Positions 26,784-37,624 are shown, numbered from the stretch's first letter. The stretch: 64,000 bases of DNA from an uncultured Candidatus Saccharibacteria bacterium (GCA_964504205.1 CAZDDE010000002.1:11505-75504); one strand, 5' to 3'. Translations and numbers: made by a program. The notes: generated from the sequence alone by a model not told the origin.

Positions 26784-27540
26784 AAGTTTTTATCTCCTGC
26801 ATTAGTTTGGCGCAGTTTTTCCCTAAAAATAAAGTGTCCAAACCAAATGCTAAAAATCTGTATCCGGCGTCAAATTTGGCCTTAAAATCGTCGGGATTCG
26901 GATCAACTACATGAAAGCCGGCCGTTTTCTTCATCTTTTTGGAGATTTTCAAAATTTGCGCAAGGGCCGTTTTTACTTTGACGTTATCAAATTGACCGGG
27001 AATGCCGAGTGAACCAGAGAGGTCATAGGGACCGACAATAAATCCGTCTATTCCTTTGACCGCTAGGATCTCCCGAAGATTTTTCACGGCTTGAATATGT
27101 TCTATTTGAGCGATAACAACGCTTTCTTCTACAACCCATTTTTTGTATTTTTCAAAAGTTAGTCCATAACCCTGCGCGCGGCCAAGACCAACTCCGCGTT
27201 TGCCGGTCGGCGGGTATTTGACGGCTTCCACCGCCTTGATAGCGTCGGCACGGCTATTCACCATCGGCACAATCACGCCGCCCGCGCCGGCATCCATCAC
27301 TCTTTTGATTAAATAAGGACTATTATCGCCAACGCGCACCAATGGGGTGCATCCGGAGAGTTCAATGACCTGCATCAGTTCCTGCGCTTCGTCCAAATCT
27401 ATGGCGCTATGCTCCATATCAATGGTCAGCCAGTCAAAGCCGGCGCTTGCCATGATTTCGGCAATGGCCGGATGGCCAAGCGTAATCCAGGAGCCGATAG
27501 TCAGTTCATTTTTGTGTAGTTTTTCTTTTAATGAAATCAT
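26770..27540 (-). CDS. HpcH/HpaI-family class II pyruvate aldolase
   Basis: Overall match to 2-keto-3-deoxy-acid aldolases (…WLTIDMEHS…, …GGVIVPMV…). Confidence 0.7.
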   Translation of the reverse strand: MISLKEKLHKNELTIGSWITLGHPAIAEIMASAGFDWLTIDMEHSAIDLDEAQELMQVIELSGCTPLVRVGDNSPYLIKRVMDAGAGGVIVPMVNSRADAIKAVEAVKYPPTGKRGVGLGRAQGYGLTFEKYKKWVVEESVVIAQIEHIQAVKNLREILAVKGIDGFIVGPYDLSGSLGIPGQFDNVKVKTALAQILKISKKMKKTAGFHVVDPNPDDFKAKFDAGYRFLAFGLDTLFLGKNCAKLMQEIKTYEKK

Positions 27541-29369
27541 ATCTTAATATCTATCATTTGCGGGCAAGAGTCAATATGGTATACAAGAATAAGATGAATT
27601 ACGGGAGTAAGGTAGATCTATTTAGAAAAGCTTTCGGGCGATACAAACTTCAGCTTACTGTTTTAACGTTGCTTGGAGTGGTAAGCGCCTTCACGGAAAG
27701 TCTTGGTGTAACAGCGCTTATTCCGCTTTTTTCCCGTTTGGCGGGGCAAGGGACATCCGATGATATTGGTTCGCGAATTATCGGAAATGCGTTAGATTTG
27801 TTTAACGTTGGGTTTGCATTTAAGTTTCTGCTTGCAATTATCATACTGGCGTTTATTTTCAAAGCCCTTGCGCTTTGGTTGTTCAACTATTTTTCAGCTA
27901 GAGTAACTGCTGATTATGAATATCAAACCCGTAGCGATTTGTTGCGCGGAGTTTTTTCCGCGGACTGGTTTTTTTTAATGCGGCAAAAAGTTGGGTATCT
28001 AGAGACGATTATACTAAGAGACATAAGTATAGCGAGAAACCTTTTTTCAATTGTGAGCGGCGCGATGATGAATCTCGCTAGTTTGGCAATATATGTGGCA
28101 ATCGCCTTGAGCATATCTGGCACCATAACTTTAATATCACTAACTCTGGGCGGACTGATATTTTTAGTTTTAAAACCTCTTCTCTATAAGACAAAAATGA
28201 TAGCGCGTCATATGGCAAAACTTTATAGCGAGATGAATCATCATGTCGGAGAAAAAATCATAGGAATAAAAACAGTAAAGACGAGTTCGGTTGAAGAGGT
28301 TATATCCAGCAAGGCCGATGATTATTTTGAGGAGATACGCAATCTCGATGTCAAGGTAGCGGTTTTGGGGGTTGCGCCAGCGGTTATTATGGAGCCAATA
28401 AGTATTCTTTTTATTGTGAGCATATTTACCTTTCTGTATGTTACTGATAATTTTCAGATCGGAGTTTTTGCGGCCACAATGTACCTCATCCACCGAATCT
28501 TTGGTGATATTCGCAATGTTCAAATGCTGCTCTACAAGGCGAACGAGAGAATTCCATACGTTGAACGCGTTATTGAATTTCAGGAAGAAGTGGCAAAAAA
28601 TCGGGAAAGCGATGGGGGGACTAATAGATTTGAATTTAAGAAATGCCTGGAGTTTAAAAATTTAGATTTTACTTACGAGAGTTCCAAAAATGTTTTGTCG
28701 AACCTAAATTTCGTGGTTAAGAAGGGAGAAATGTTGGGAATCGTCGGTAAATCGGGAGCGGGCAAGACAACTATTGTGGATTTATTTCTGCGTTTAATGC
28801 AACCCACGCGCGGAAAAATCTTAATTGATGGGACGGATATTTCCGCAATAAATATAAAAGAATGGCGCAATAATATTGGCTATGTTTCACAGGATATATT
28901 CGTCCTCAACGACACATTTGAGAATAATATCAGATTTTATGACGAATCAATCAGTGATGAGGTTGTTTGTGATTCTGCTAAGATGGCCTATATTTTTGAT
29001 TTTATTCAAAGCAAAGCAAATCAATTCAAAACTGCGGTAGGGGAGAGGGGCGTTTTGCTCTCCGGGGGAGAAAAGCAGAGACTGGTCCTGGCAAGAGTCC
29101 TGGCGCGGCATCCCTCAATCCTGATTCTTGACGAAGCGACAAGCGCCCTTGATAATGAATCCGAGCTTATGATTCAGCGGGCCATTGAGGGGCTGAAGGG
29201 CAGAGTGACGATTTTCGTGATTGCGCACCGTCTAACAACGCTTTTAAACTGCGACAAGATTATTTTTCTTGAAAACGGCAGAAACTGCGAAGAAGGACCC
29301 CCGCAGGAATTGCTGAAAGATAAAGATTCGAATTTTTTCCAACTTTATAACATTCGCAATCAGTTATGA
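27531..29369 (+). CDS. ABC exporter, fused permease and ATPase (MsbA/type I exporter-like)
   Basis: Six N-terminal TM helices; Walker [10 protein letters not shown]; signature LSGGEKQRL; Walker [13 protein letters not shown]. Confidence 0.85.
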   Translation: MKSYLNIYHLRARVNMVYKNKMNYGSKVDLFRKAFGRYKLQLTVLTLLGVVSAFTESLGVTALIPLFSRLAGQGTSDDIGSRIIGNALDLFNVGFAFKFLLAIIILAFIFKALALWLFNYFSARVTADYEYQTRSDLLRGVFSADWFFLMRQKVGYLETIILRDISIARNLFSIVSGAMMNLASLAIYVAIALSISGTITLISLTLGGLIFLVLKPLLYKTKMIARHMAKLYSEMNHHVGEKIIGIKTVKTSSVEEVISSKADDYFEEIRNLDVKVAVLGVAPAVIMEPISILFIVSIFTFLYVTDNFQIGVFAATMYLIHRIFGDIRNVQMLLYKANERIPYVERVIEFQEEVAKNRESDGGTNRFEFKKCLEFKNLDFTYESSKNVLSNLNFVVKKGEMLGIVGKSGAGKTTIVDLFLRLMQPTRGKILIDGTDISAINIKEWRNNIGYVSQDIFVLNDTFENNIRFYDESISDEVVCDSAKMAYIFDFIQSKANQFKTAVGERGVLLSGGEKQRLVLARVLARHPSILILDEATSALDNESELMIQRAIEGLKGRVTIFVIAHRLTTLLNCDKIIFLENGRNCEEGPPQELLKDKDSNFFQLYNIRNQL

Positions 29370-30361
29370 AAAAAGCATTGATTACCGGTATTACCGGCCA
29401 AGACGGTTCGTATCTTGCTGAATTTTTGTTAGGCGAGGGATACGAAGTTCACGGCATCATCCGCCGTTCCAGCGATTTTAACACTGGAAGGATCAATCAT
29501 CTCTTTCGGGATATACATTCAAGCGGAGTGAAACTTTTTTTACATTACGGAGATCTGATGGATTCGGGAAATATTGCGAAACTTATATACGAAATTAAAC
29601 CCGAGGAGATATATCATTTGGGAGCGCAATCGCACGTGCGGGTGAGCTTTGACATACCGGAATACACCGCAAATGTGATTGCGCTGGGAACGTTGCGGAT
29701 TTTGGAAGCAATAAAGAATTGCCGATTTCCCATAAAATTTTACAACGCGGCAAGTTCTGAAATGTTCGGCGCATCCCCTCCGCCCCAAAATGAATATACG
29801 CCTTTTCATCCGCGCAGTCCTTATGCCGCGGCAAAAGTTTTTAGTTATAATATCACGCGTAATTATCGTGAGGGTTACGGCATCTTTGGTTGTAATGGCA
29901 TATTATTCAATCATGAATCAGAGCGTCGCGGAGCAACCTTTGTTACGCGCAAGATAACACGCGGCATTGCGCGAATTAAAGCTGGGTTTGATCAAAAAAT
30001 TTATCTTGGAAATCTTGACGCCAAACGCGATTGGGGATATGCTCCGGAATATGTTCGCGCGATGCACCTTATGCTACAGCAGGACAAACCCGATGACTAT
30101 GTTATTGCTACCGGCGAAACTCATTCGGTGCGGGAATTTTTGGCGGAAGCATTTAGTTATGCGGGTCTCGGAGATTGGCGCAGATACATTGAGATTGATC
30201 CGCGTTATTTCAGGCCCGCCGAGGTGGAATGCTTGGTCGGCGATGCTTCAAAGGCAAAAGAGCTATTGGGCTGGGAGGCAAAGGTAAAATTTAAGGAAAT
30301 TGTTCATCTGATGATCGATGCAGACTCAAAACAAATTTATGATTACTCTAGGAACAGTTAA
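29366..30361 (+). CDS. gmd: GDP-mannose 4,6-dehydratase
   Basis: [28 protein letters not shown] and the [20 protein letters not shown] motifs. Confidence 0.85.
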   Translation: MKKALITGITGQDGSYLAEFLLGEGYEVHGIIRRSSDFNTGRINHLFRDIHSSGVKLFLHYGDLMDSGNIAKLIYEIKPEEIYHLGAQSHVRVSFDIPEYTANVIALGTLRILEAIKNCRFPIKFYNAASSEMFGASPPPQNEYTPFHPRSPYAAAKVFSYNITRNYREGYGIFGCNGILFNHESERRGATFVTRKITRGIARIKAGFDQKIYLGNLDAKRDWGYAPEYVRAMHLMLQQDKPDDYVIATGETHSVREFLAEAFSYAGLGDWRRYIEIDPRYFRPAEVECLVGDASKAKELLGWEAKVKFKEIVHLMIDADSKQIYDYSRNS

Positions 30362-31439
30362 TATTTCAAAAAAAACAAAAACTCTTCTCGATGAAGCCCT
30401 AAAGAAAGGCATTATCGGACAGGGTCATTATATCCAGGACTTTGAGCAGAAACTCGCAAAATTTTTAGGTGTAAAGTATGTTATTGCGACTGCCAATGGC
30501 ACGCTCGCCGATACTGTTGCCTTAGCGGTTGCAAAGTATAAGGATGGGGAAAAGCGCAACGAAGTTATTGTTCCAGCGCTTACGTTTATCGCGCAAATTA
30601 ACGCAGTTTATTATAATCACTTAAAACCGGTTTTTATTGATATTGGCTATGACTATCAGATTGATGTTGCGCAAATTGAGAAGAAGATAAACAAAAATAC
30701 CCTTGCCATAATGCCTGCGGATCTTTTGGGTAAACCGGCGAATATGTCTAAGATTTTAGAACTAGCGAAAAAGTACGATCTATATGTGGTCGAAGATGCC
30801 TGTGAAGCGCTTGGATCTAAATACAAAAATAAGTTATGCGGAGCGATCGGCGATATGGGGTGCTTTTCATTTTTTGTCTCGCACTCCATAACGACTGGCG
30901 AAGGCGGAGCTATTGCGACAAATAATAGACAACTTGCGGAGCTTGCTCGTTCTTTGCGCAATCACGGCAGAAAGGGCAGTAATCCGGGCGAGCACTTTAT
31001 TTTTCCGTATATCGGGTATTCCGCGAAGATGAATGCGCTGGAAGCGATTATTGGGCTTGGAGTTATAGATGAGCTTGGCGAGCATATCAAAAGACGGCAT
31101 GCTAATTTAGCAAGACTAAATGAATCAGTTGGCCGAGATTTATTTTTGGATGCAAAGGATGAGTATATTGTGCCGCACGGCTTCCCATTTCTGGTGAAGT
31201 CGCAAAAACTACGTGATAATTTGCTGAAAGAACTTCCTAAAAAATTTGGTATTGAAGCTCGGCAAATTTTTTACTCCATTCCCACCCAGAGCGGCGCTTA
31301 CAGATTTTTAGGGGAAAAAATCGGCAGTTATCCAGTCGCCGAAGATATCGGCCGCCGCGGATTGTATTTACCTTGTCATCAGAATTTAAATGGCAGGGAG
31401 CTCGCGCGGATTGCCGAGGTTCTAAGAAACATAATTTAA
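30318..31439 (+). CDS. DegT-family aminotransferase, GDP-perosamine-synthase-like
   Basis: DegT family signature; immediately downstream of gmd. Confidence 0.75.
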   Translation: MQTQNKFMITLGTVNISKKTKTLLDEALKKGIIGQGHYIQDFEQKLAKFLGVKYVIATANGTLADTVALAVAKYKDGEKRNEVIVPALTFIAQINAVYYNHLKPVFIDIGYDYQIDVAQIEKKINKNTLAIMPADLLGKPANMSKILELAKKYDLYVVEDACEALGSKYKNKLCGAIGDMGCFSFFVSHSITTGEGGAIATNNRQLAELARSLRNHGRKGSNPGEHFIFPYIGYSAKMNALEAIIGLGVIDELGEHIKRRHANLARLNESVGRDLFLDAKDEYIVPHGFPFLVKSQKLRDNLLKELPKKFGIEARQIFYSIPTQSGAYRFLGEKIGSYPVAEDIGRRGLYLPCHQNLNGRELARIAEVLRNII

Positions 31440-31470
31440 GTTGTGAATAATAAAAATAGGAGCAAAGCCC

Positions 31471-32211
31471 CTATTTTGGTTCGTGATATAGTTCTAATTT
31501 TATTGCTTCTTTTTCTAGGGCATTCACAAGAGTGGTAAGCTGGGTAATCCGTTTTTTATACATCTGGAAATTATCTTCCGTGGCGGTCTGCTCGCTTGGA
31601 TGAACGTAATCTACCTTTACCCCAACTACTCTCTTACCGTCTTTTATCATGCGGAGAACCGGAATGAAAATAGAATCCCAGAGATCTCCGTGTTCTCCTT
31701 TGTATTCTACAAAGAAGTAGGCAAAATCAGCGCGAAAGATTCTTACGCCACTCCACACATCGAGATTTCTTCCAGTCAGTAGATGGAAACCGCGGTTGCC
31801 TAAAAATTCCGCATATCGCTGCATTTCTGGATAAGAGTCCATGCTCACGCGCTCTGCAATGACGAGATCAGCCTCATTTTCTATGATCGGCACGGTCAGT
31901 TTTTTGATATGTGGAACAAGCGACGCTTTTTCGGGTTCGAGCCATACCACAATTCCATCTGCGCCTGCGATTTCCGCCGCCATTTTTATTGCTTCGCGTC
32001 TGCCAGGTCCCATGCCAGGTTGCACCTGATCAAATAAGAGCGCACCATTTTCCCGTAAGGTTTTTTTAACCGGAACCGTGGACGCATCGATAACCACTAT
32101 TTTTAAATTTTCCCTACCTGCCCCTTGGATAGTTTGAACAGCTAGTTTTGCTCTTACATCGTTCGGGTTGTTATAAAGAGTAGTCGTTGCAAGCACAGCT
32201 AAGTTACTCAC
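31471..32211 (-). CDS. Hypothetical GT-A-fold-like protein
   Basis: Weak GT2-like features (VIDAS…, acidic …LEPEK…); no firm family assignment. Confidence 0.25.
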   Translation of the reverse strand: MSNLAVLATTTLYNNPNDVRAKLAVQTIQGAGRENLKIVVIDASTVPVKKTLRENGALLFDQVQPGMGPGRREAIKMAAEIAGADGIVVWLEPEKASLVPHIKKLTVPIIENEADLVIAERVSMDSYPEMQRYAEFLGNRGFHLLTGRNLDVWSGVRIFRADFAYFFVEYKGEHGDLWDSIFIPVLRMIKDGKRVVGVKVDYVHPSEQTATEDNFQMYKKRITQLTTLVNALEKEAIKLELYHEPK

Positions 32212-32302
32212 GCGTAGTACCTCCCTAAAGAACTATTTCTCGCAGTACATTTAATGCGAGACAGGTGCCGACGCAAATGGGCAACTGTCTAACATCAAAT
32301 GA

Positions 32303-32842
32303 TTAAAGATTGGTTAATAATGCTTTTGTGTTTTTGGCGAGCATTATAAGCGCTGGATGGAAATTCCCATTGGTTATTTCATCAAGATTTACCCATCGCA
32401 GTGATCGATATTCTTTGGGCTTAATCTCTATACCCTCTTTTTCTTCGTCGCTAATTTTAGCAATCATGGTAATGGCTATGTTGTGCGAACCATTTTTTTT
32501 CGGGGGTTGGGCGCGTTTTGCCCAGACAAGCGAATATGCGCATAAATATTGAAAGCGCGCGGTAGGCATAGTTAAATCAAGCTCGCGTTTGAGAAGGCGT
32601 GCGGCCGATTCTTCAAAATTTTCACCAGGAAGCATGCGTCCGCCAATAATCCACCAATCGGGGTAGGGTAACGCGACTCTCTTCCCCAATAACATTTCTC
32701 GCGCTTCATTCAAAAGCACAATATCCACACAAGCAAAGACGATATTGTCTAAGATCATTCCGTAAGAAGCATCGTCTATAAATTTTGCGTGGGATTTGAA
32801 GCCGTTTTCGATAAAATGCGCTCCCTGAATAATGTTTTGCAT
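32303..32842 (-). CDS. GDP-mannose mannosyl hydrolase-like NUDIX protein (Gmm/NudD/WcaH-like)
   Basis: VDIVLLNEAREMLLGKRVALPYPDWWIIGGRMLPGENFEESAARLLKRELDL parallels Gmm; paralog at 44241-44774. Confidence 0.6.
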   Translation of the reverse strand: MQNIIQGAHFIENGFKSHAKFIDDASYGMILDNIVFACVDIVLLNEAREMLLGKRVALPYPDWWIIGGRMLPGENFEESAARLLKRELDLTMPTARFQYLCAYSLVWAKRAQPPKKNGSHNIAITMIAKISDEEKEGIEIKPKEYRSLRWVNLDEITNGNFHPALIMLAKNTKALLTNL

Positions 32843-32884
32843 GAGTAGGTTTAGCTTATCTACTATTTATTCAACTGTCAATGC

Positions 32885-33871
32885 TTGCGTGCAACACGGA
32901 AAAAAATTATGATAAAAACCGCTATGCTAGTTTCAAACGTAAAAATATTATTAACCGGCGGCGCGGGATTTGTGGGAAGTTTTGTGAAGAGAGAATTGAT
33001 AAGAAAAGGCGCGCATGAAGAAAATATTTTTATTCCGCGCAGTGATGTGCATGACTTGCGAGAAAAAGGAGTGTGCGTGGAGGTGACGCATGGTAAAGAC
33101 CTTGTGATTCATCTGGCCGGACGGGTTGGTGGAATAAAATTTAACAAAGAAAATCCTGCCAGTTTATTTTACGACAACGCGGCAATGGCGCTCAATCTTA
33201 TAGACGCGGCATACAAAAACGGCGTTAAAAAATTTGTGGGCATCGGCAGCGTGTGCGAGTATCCTAAATTTGCCGCTGTTCCTTTTCGCGAAGAAGAGCT
33301 ATGGGACGGTTACCCCGAAGAGTCAAACGGCGCGTATGGCCTGGCAAAAAAGTTTATGCTGGTGCAGTCGCAGGCCTATGCCGCGCAATATGGTTTTAAT
33401 GCGGTACATCTTCTCATGATAAATCTATATGGGCCTGGCGATAATTTTAGCCTCGATCACTCTCACGTCATCGCGGCTTTAATAAGGAAGGTTGTTGAAA
33501 CCAAACATGAAAATAAGCCATATATTGGGGCGTGGGGCACTGGAAAGGCTACGCGAGAATTCTTATACGTTGAAGATGCGGCAGAGGCAATTGTCCTTGC
33601 GGCTGAAAAATATGACAAACCAGAACCGGTAAATATCGGCTCGGGCATGGAGATTTCAATAAAAGATTTAGCGGAAACTATTTGCCGCTTGGCTGATTAT
33701 AAGGGAGAAATTAGATGGGACGCCTCAAAGCCAGACGGTCAAATGCGCCGTAAGCTTGATGTAAGCAAGGCCGCGCGCGAGTTTGGTTTTTACGCGAAAA
33801 CTGACTTTGAAAGAGGATTGAGGAAAACTATTGAATTTTATGAAAACAACACTCGTTATTCTAACGCGTAA
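32885..33871 (+). CDS. fcl: GDP-L-fucose synthase (GDP-4-keto-6-deoxymannose 3,5-epimerase-4-reductase)
   Basis: LLTGGAGFVGS Rossmann and NLYGPGDNF…SHVIAALIRK Fcl signature. Confidence 0.8.
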   Translation: MRATRKKIMIKTAMLVSNVKILLTGGAGFVGSFVKRELIRKGAHEENIFIPRSDVHDLREKGVCVEVTHGKDLVIHLAGRVGGIKFNKENPASLFYDNAAMALNLIDAAYKNGVKKFVGIGSVCEYPKFAAVPFREEELWDGYPEESNGAYGLAKKFMLVQSQAYAAQYGFNAVHLLMINLYGPGDNFSLDHSHVIAALIRKVVETKHENKPYIGAWGTGKATREFLYVEDAAEAIVLAAEKYDKPEPVNIGSGMEISIKDLAETICRLADYKGEIRWDASKPDGQMRRKLDVSKAAREFGFYAKTDFERGLRKTIEFYENNTRYSNA

Positions 33872-34523
33872 TGAGATAGAAGGGATGAAGGCGCTTTTTG
33901 ATAGAATTCCTTTTGATAAGATTGACGAAACTATTGTCGTGGATTACAAATCGAAAGATGGGACGCGAGAATTTTTGCAAAGTAGGGGCGTGAAAGTTAT
34001 AGATCAAGAAATTCCTGGAAGAGGAGAGGCATTTCGCCTCGCGGTAGAAAAAGCGCAAGGCGATGTCCTTATATTTTTTAGTCCGGATGGCAACGAAAAT
34101 CCTCGCGATATTCCGCTCTTGGCGGATTTAATCAAGCAAGGGTATGATATGGCGATCGCCTCGCGTTTTTTGCCCGGCGCGCTGAACGAAGAGAGCGGCA
34201 AGTTGCTCCCGTTGCGGCTATGGGCCAATAAGGCCTTTACCTTTTTAGCCAACTTGTTTTTTGGCGGAAATATAAGCGATTCTATCAATGGGTTTCGGGC
34301 AATGCGGCGCGATAAATTTATGGATCTGCATGTTGATGCTTCCGGGTATGCGATAGAGTATCAAATGTCTATCAGAGCTCTCAAAAAGGGGTATAGGATT
34401 AAGGAAATACCAACGATTGAAGGGCAGAGAATCGGCGGCGAAAGCGGAGCAAAAGCAGTACCCGTGGGCTTAAAAATTCTGAAGCTTCTTATCCGCGAAA
34501 TTTTTATCGGCAAAAAATTTTAA
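33831..34523 (+). CDS. Glycosyltransferase family 2 (ArnC/GtrB/DPM1-like polyprenyl-phosphate glycosyltransferase)
   Basis: LVILTRNEIEG…VVDYKSKDGT…FSPDGNENP GT2 DxD region. Confidence 0.75.
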   Translation: MNFMKTTLVILTRNEIEGMKALFDRIPFDKIDETIVVDYKSKDGTREFLQSRGVKVIDQEIPGRGEAFRLAVEKAQGDVLIFFSPDGNENPRDIPLLADLIKQGYDMAIASRFLPGALNEESGKLLPLRLWANKAFTFLANLFFGGNISDSINGFRAMRRDKFMDLHVDASGYAIEYQMSIRALKKGYRIKEIPTIEGQRIGGESGAKAVPVGLKILKLLIREIFIGKKF

Positions 34524-34530
34524 TCACAAA

Positions 34531-34905
34531 ATGTTTTCGACTATAGTTCCAATACTAATCGCCTCTATGATAACTGTTAGCGCACAGCTTCTCCTCAAGA
34601 AAGGAGTTTTATCAATGGGCGAGCTTCAATTTTCTTTTTCTGAGCTAGTCCGTCTTGTGCCAAAAATTTTGCAAAATGTTTGGCTGATGGGAGGAATGAT
34701 TTTATTCGGGATAAGTTTTCTTCTGTGGATTATACTATTGTCGAAGATTCCGCTGCATATTGCTTATCCAATACTCATCAGTATTAATTTCTCCATGATT
34801 GCGGCGGCATCGTGGCTGTTGTTTCACGAACAGCTCTCATTCTTTCAGATTGCCGGCATCGTAACTATTGTTATGGGTATATATTTGTTATCCCCCAAAG
34901 CATAA
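34531..34905 (+). CDS. Small 4-TM EamA/SMR-like membrane protein (ArnE/ArnF or GtrA-like flippase candidate)
   Basis: 124 aa with four hydrophobic segments, lying between a GT2 and a GT-C-like gene. Confidence 0.5.
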   Translation: MFSTIVPILIASMITVSAQLLLKKGVLSMGELQFSFSELVRLVPKILQNVWLMGGMILFGISFLLWIILLSKIPLHIAYPILISINFSMIAAASWLLFHEQLSFFQIAGIVTIVMGIYLLSPKA

Positions 34906-34913
34906 AATTGTCT

Positions 34914-36164
34914 ATGTTCCCGAATTTTCAAAACACGTTCACGAGACGGCCGATATTAGCCTTGTTTTTTTTGTTGCTTTTGTTTTTTCAGTTAATCTAC
35001 AGCTTCGCGGTGCCATCAGTGGGAGACAATGGCAATTGGCTTCCTATAACCGATTACTTGCCAAAGTTTTCGGCGGAAGGACACGACAATTTTTTACTGA
35101 AGACTTTTTATCCCTTAATTTCTTCCAAGTATCGTCTTAACTCGGATGTCGGCGAATACTTGATTGTGGCCCGAGACTTTTCGCGCGAATATCTTGAGGG
35201 TCATCAATATCTAAACAGGCCGCTCTATTCTTTCTTAGTTCTGTTGTCCTCGCGTTTAGTCAGTCCGTTTATTTCAATTTCCTACGGGGTTTTCTTTGGG
35301 CTCGCAATTATCATCAATTTTATTTTTGTCTACGGCGCGGTTTTGCTATTTTTTGTCCTTCTTAAAAAAATATTCTCTTTCAAGATTGCATTTCTTTCTT
35401 CCATCCTGCTTATCTTTTCTCCGTACGTTCACACACATCTTACCCAGCCGGGAGCGGAAATGCTCACGACTTTTGGGCTGACACTCTCATTGTATCTATT
35501 ATATCAATATGTGCGCAAACCGACACTTGTGAAACTTACAGGATTTTCACTGCTTGCGGGAGTTTTTATGCTCGGAAAAATGTTCTTCGCGACGCCGCTC
35601 TTTATTCTTATCGCGGCCGTTTGCTATAAGCGGTTTAGGGAGGGAATAATTTTTGCAACTTATTACTCTATTCCAGTAATCCTCTGGTATATTTGGGTTA
35701 CACGGATTTGGGATATTCCGTATTATGTCAACGAAATTCAGCAGTGGCGTATGGGCATTTGGATTTTTGGCATTCTTGCAATGCCCGTTCAGCAAGCCAT
35801 AAAGATTTTAGTTGATGCGCTTCCAAGCTTTATAAGCGCGGTGTTTCACTCATTTATTTTTATACCCGTTGTCTTTGCTATAATTGGCGTTGAAAAATTA
35901 AGCGATCAAAACAAAAAGCGCATAATCTACGCGCTAATATTTTCCGTTTTCGCCTTCACCTTTCTCATAAACCTTCATCTTTATCGTCATACTTTCTTGC
36001 TGTTCCCAGCAGTTTATCCGGCGGCGATTCTTGGCATTGAGTGGGCGTCTGGGCGTTTGGCAGGAAGAAATAATGTTTTAAAACCGGTTTTTGAAATCGC
36101 GACTGTTGCTTTGATCATCTTTATTTCCAGCATAAATATCTATAAGTTTTATTACTATATTTAA
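34914..36164 (+). CDS. Polytopic membrane protein, GT-C-like glycosyltransferase candidate (ArnT/PMT-like)
   Basis: More than ten TM helices; start set at MFPNFQ, internal to the longer track ORF. Confidence 0.45.
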   Translation: MFPNFQNTFTRRPILALFFLLLLFFQLIYSFAVPSVGDNGNWLPITDYLPKFSAEGHDNFLLKTFYPLISSKYRLNSDVGEYLIVARDFSREYLEGHQYLNRPLYSFLVLLSSRLVSPFISISYGVFFGLAIIINFIFVYGAVLLFFVLLKKIFSFKIAFLSSILLIFSPYVHTHLTQPGAEMLTTFGLTLSLYLLYQYVRKPTLVKLTGFSLLAGVFMLGKMFFATPLFILIAAVCYKRFREGIIFATYYSIPVILWYIWVTRIWDIPYYVNEIQQWRMGIWIFGILAMPVQQAIKILVDALPSFISAVFHSFIFIPVVFAIIGVEKLSDQNKKRIIYALIFSVFAFTFLINLHLYRHTFLLFPAVYPAAILGIEWASGRLAGRNNVLKPVFEIATVALIIFISSINIYKFYYYI

Positions 36165-36179
36165 ATCCTGCACTCTGCT

Positions 36180-37556
36180 TCATTGAGTTTTTTTAAAAAA
36201 TAGGTTGATGGTTTTGAGGAGTATCGTGACATCTAGAAGCGCCGATCGATTTTTAAGATAGTACAAGTCGTATTGAAATTTCTCATACGTATCCATGGGC
36301 GTGCGCGCATATCTAAAATTGACCTGCGCCCAGCCGGTGAAGCCGGGTTTTATGATGTGGCGGATATGATAGTGGGGAATTTGCGCTTCAAGCTCGCGCA
36401 CGAATTCAGTTCTCTCGGGTCTCGGGCCAACTAAAGAAAGATCGCCCTTGAGGATATTGATCATTTGGGGCAGTTCGTCTAAATGAATCCTGCGCAGAAA
36501 TGCGCCGACGCGCGTTACGCGCGGATCGTTTTCTTGTGCCCAGATCGGCTTGTTTCCTTCGGCCTTATGGATCATCGAACGGAATTTTATCAGACGAAAA
36601 AGTTTTTTGTTGCGCCCCACTCGTTCTTGCAGATACAGCACCGGCCCCGCGCTTTCCAACTTAATGGCGAAAGCGATAATCGGCCAAAGCGGCAAGGTGG
36701 AGATCAAGATGAAAGACGCGGCGGCAATATCTAATATTCTCTTAATATTATCGTGAACGCGTTTTTGCTGTTCATTAATATTCTCAAGAAACCATGTTTG
36801 ACTTATATAGGATATTGGAATGCGCGCGGTTAAAAGTTCGTAGCTTTGAGCGAGATCAAGAAATCTTATTTTATACGGCAAGGACTCGTAAAACATCTGC
36901 GCTATAATCGGATTGAAGTGCGGATTTTCGGCGGTAATCACCGTGTCAATCCTTGCAGCGATAAGATTTTTAATCAGATCTTTATCTGCCCAAAGAACCG
37001 TCGTATCGCCGCAAACCGCCGCTGTCTTATCGAATAGGGGCGCTGTGCTGATGAAGGCGGCAAGGCGGTATCCCATATGCGGTTTCGCAGATATAAAATC
37101 GGCGAGTTCTTTGGCGTGTTCATTCAGCCCCGCTATCGCAACATTTATCTTAAATCGTCCGGCCACATATCGCTGAAACAATACTCGCCATATCCAGAAA
37201 AAAAGCGCCGCTATGGCCATATTAAGCAGTAAGTTTGTTTTAGGAGTAATTTCCGGGTTGTTTAGCAGGTAAAACATAGTTGTGCCGAAAACAACGCCAA
37301 TGGCGTGAATCAGAAGAACGCTCGGAAGTATTGCTGTTGCCGGTCGAAAAGAGCGTGTTTCATACAGCCCGGCGATATAATAAAGAACAACAAGAAAAAA
37401 ATAAATTAACGTAAATGGAGGAAGGTGATCGTAGACTAGTTCTAAGCTAAAATCATTGAGGAACGCAATCGCAAGGGTTATGGGCAGGGAAGAAAAAAGG
37501 AGAATCATATCACCTATGAGCAGGATCGCTTCTTTTACCTTAAGAATAGTTGTCAT
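36180..37556 (-). CDS. Initiating polyprenyl-phosphate sugar-phosphate transferase (WbaP/WcaJ bacterial sugar transferase family)
   Basis: C-terminal RVGRNKKLFRLIKFRSM…DELPQMINILKGDLSLVGPRP is the bacterial sugar transferase hallmark. Confidence 0.8.
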   Translation of the reverse strand: MTTILKVKEAILLIGDMILLFSSLPITLAIAFLNDFSLELVYDHLPPFTLIYFFLVVLYYIAGLYETRSFRPATAILPSVLLIHAIGVVFGTTMFYLLNNPEITPKTNLLLNMAIAALFFWIWRVLFQRYVAGRFKINVAIAGLNEHAKELADFISAKPHMGYRLAAFISTAPLFDKTAAVCGDTTVLWADKDLIKNLIAARIDTVITAENPHFNPIIAQMFYESLPYKIRFLDLAQSYELLTARIPISYISQTWFLENINEQQKRVHDNIKRILDIAAASFILISTLPLWPIIAFAIKLESAGPVLYLQERVGRNKKLFRLIKFRSMIHKAEGNKPIWAQENDPRVTRVGAFLRRIHLDELPQMINILKGDLSLVGPRPERTEFVRELEAQIPHYHIRHIIKPGFTGWAQVNFRYARTPMDTYEKFQYDLYYLKNRSALLDVTILLKTINLFFKKTQ

Positions 37557-37624
37557 ATTGTTTTGTTTACGGCTTTATTGTGCAGGACATTGCTGGTGTT
37601 GTAAAGCCATGCTAGAGTAAATTT

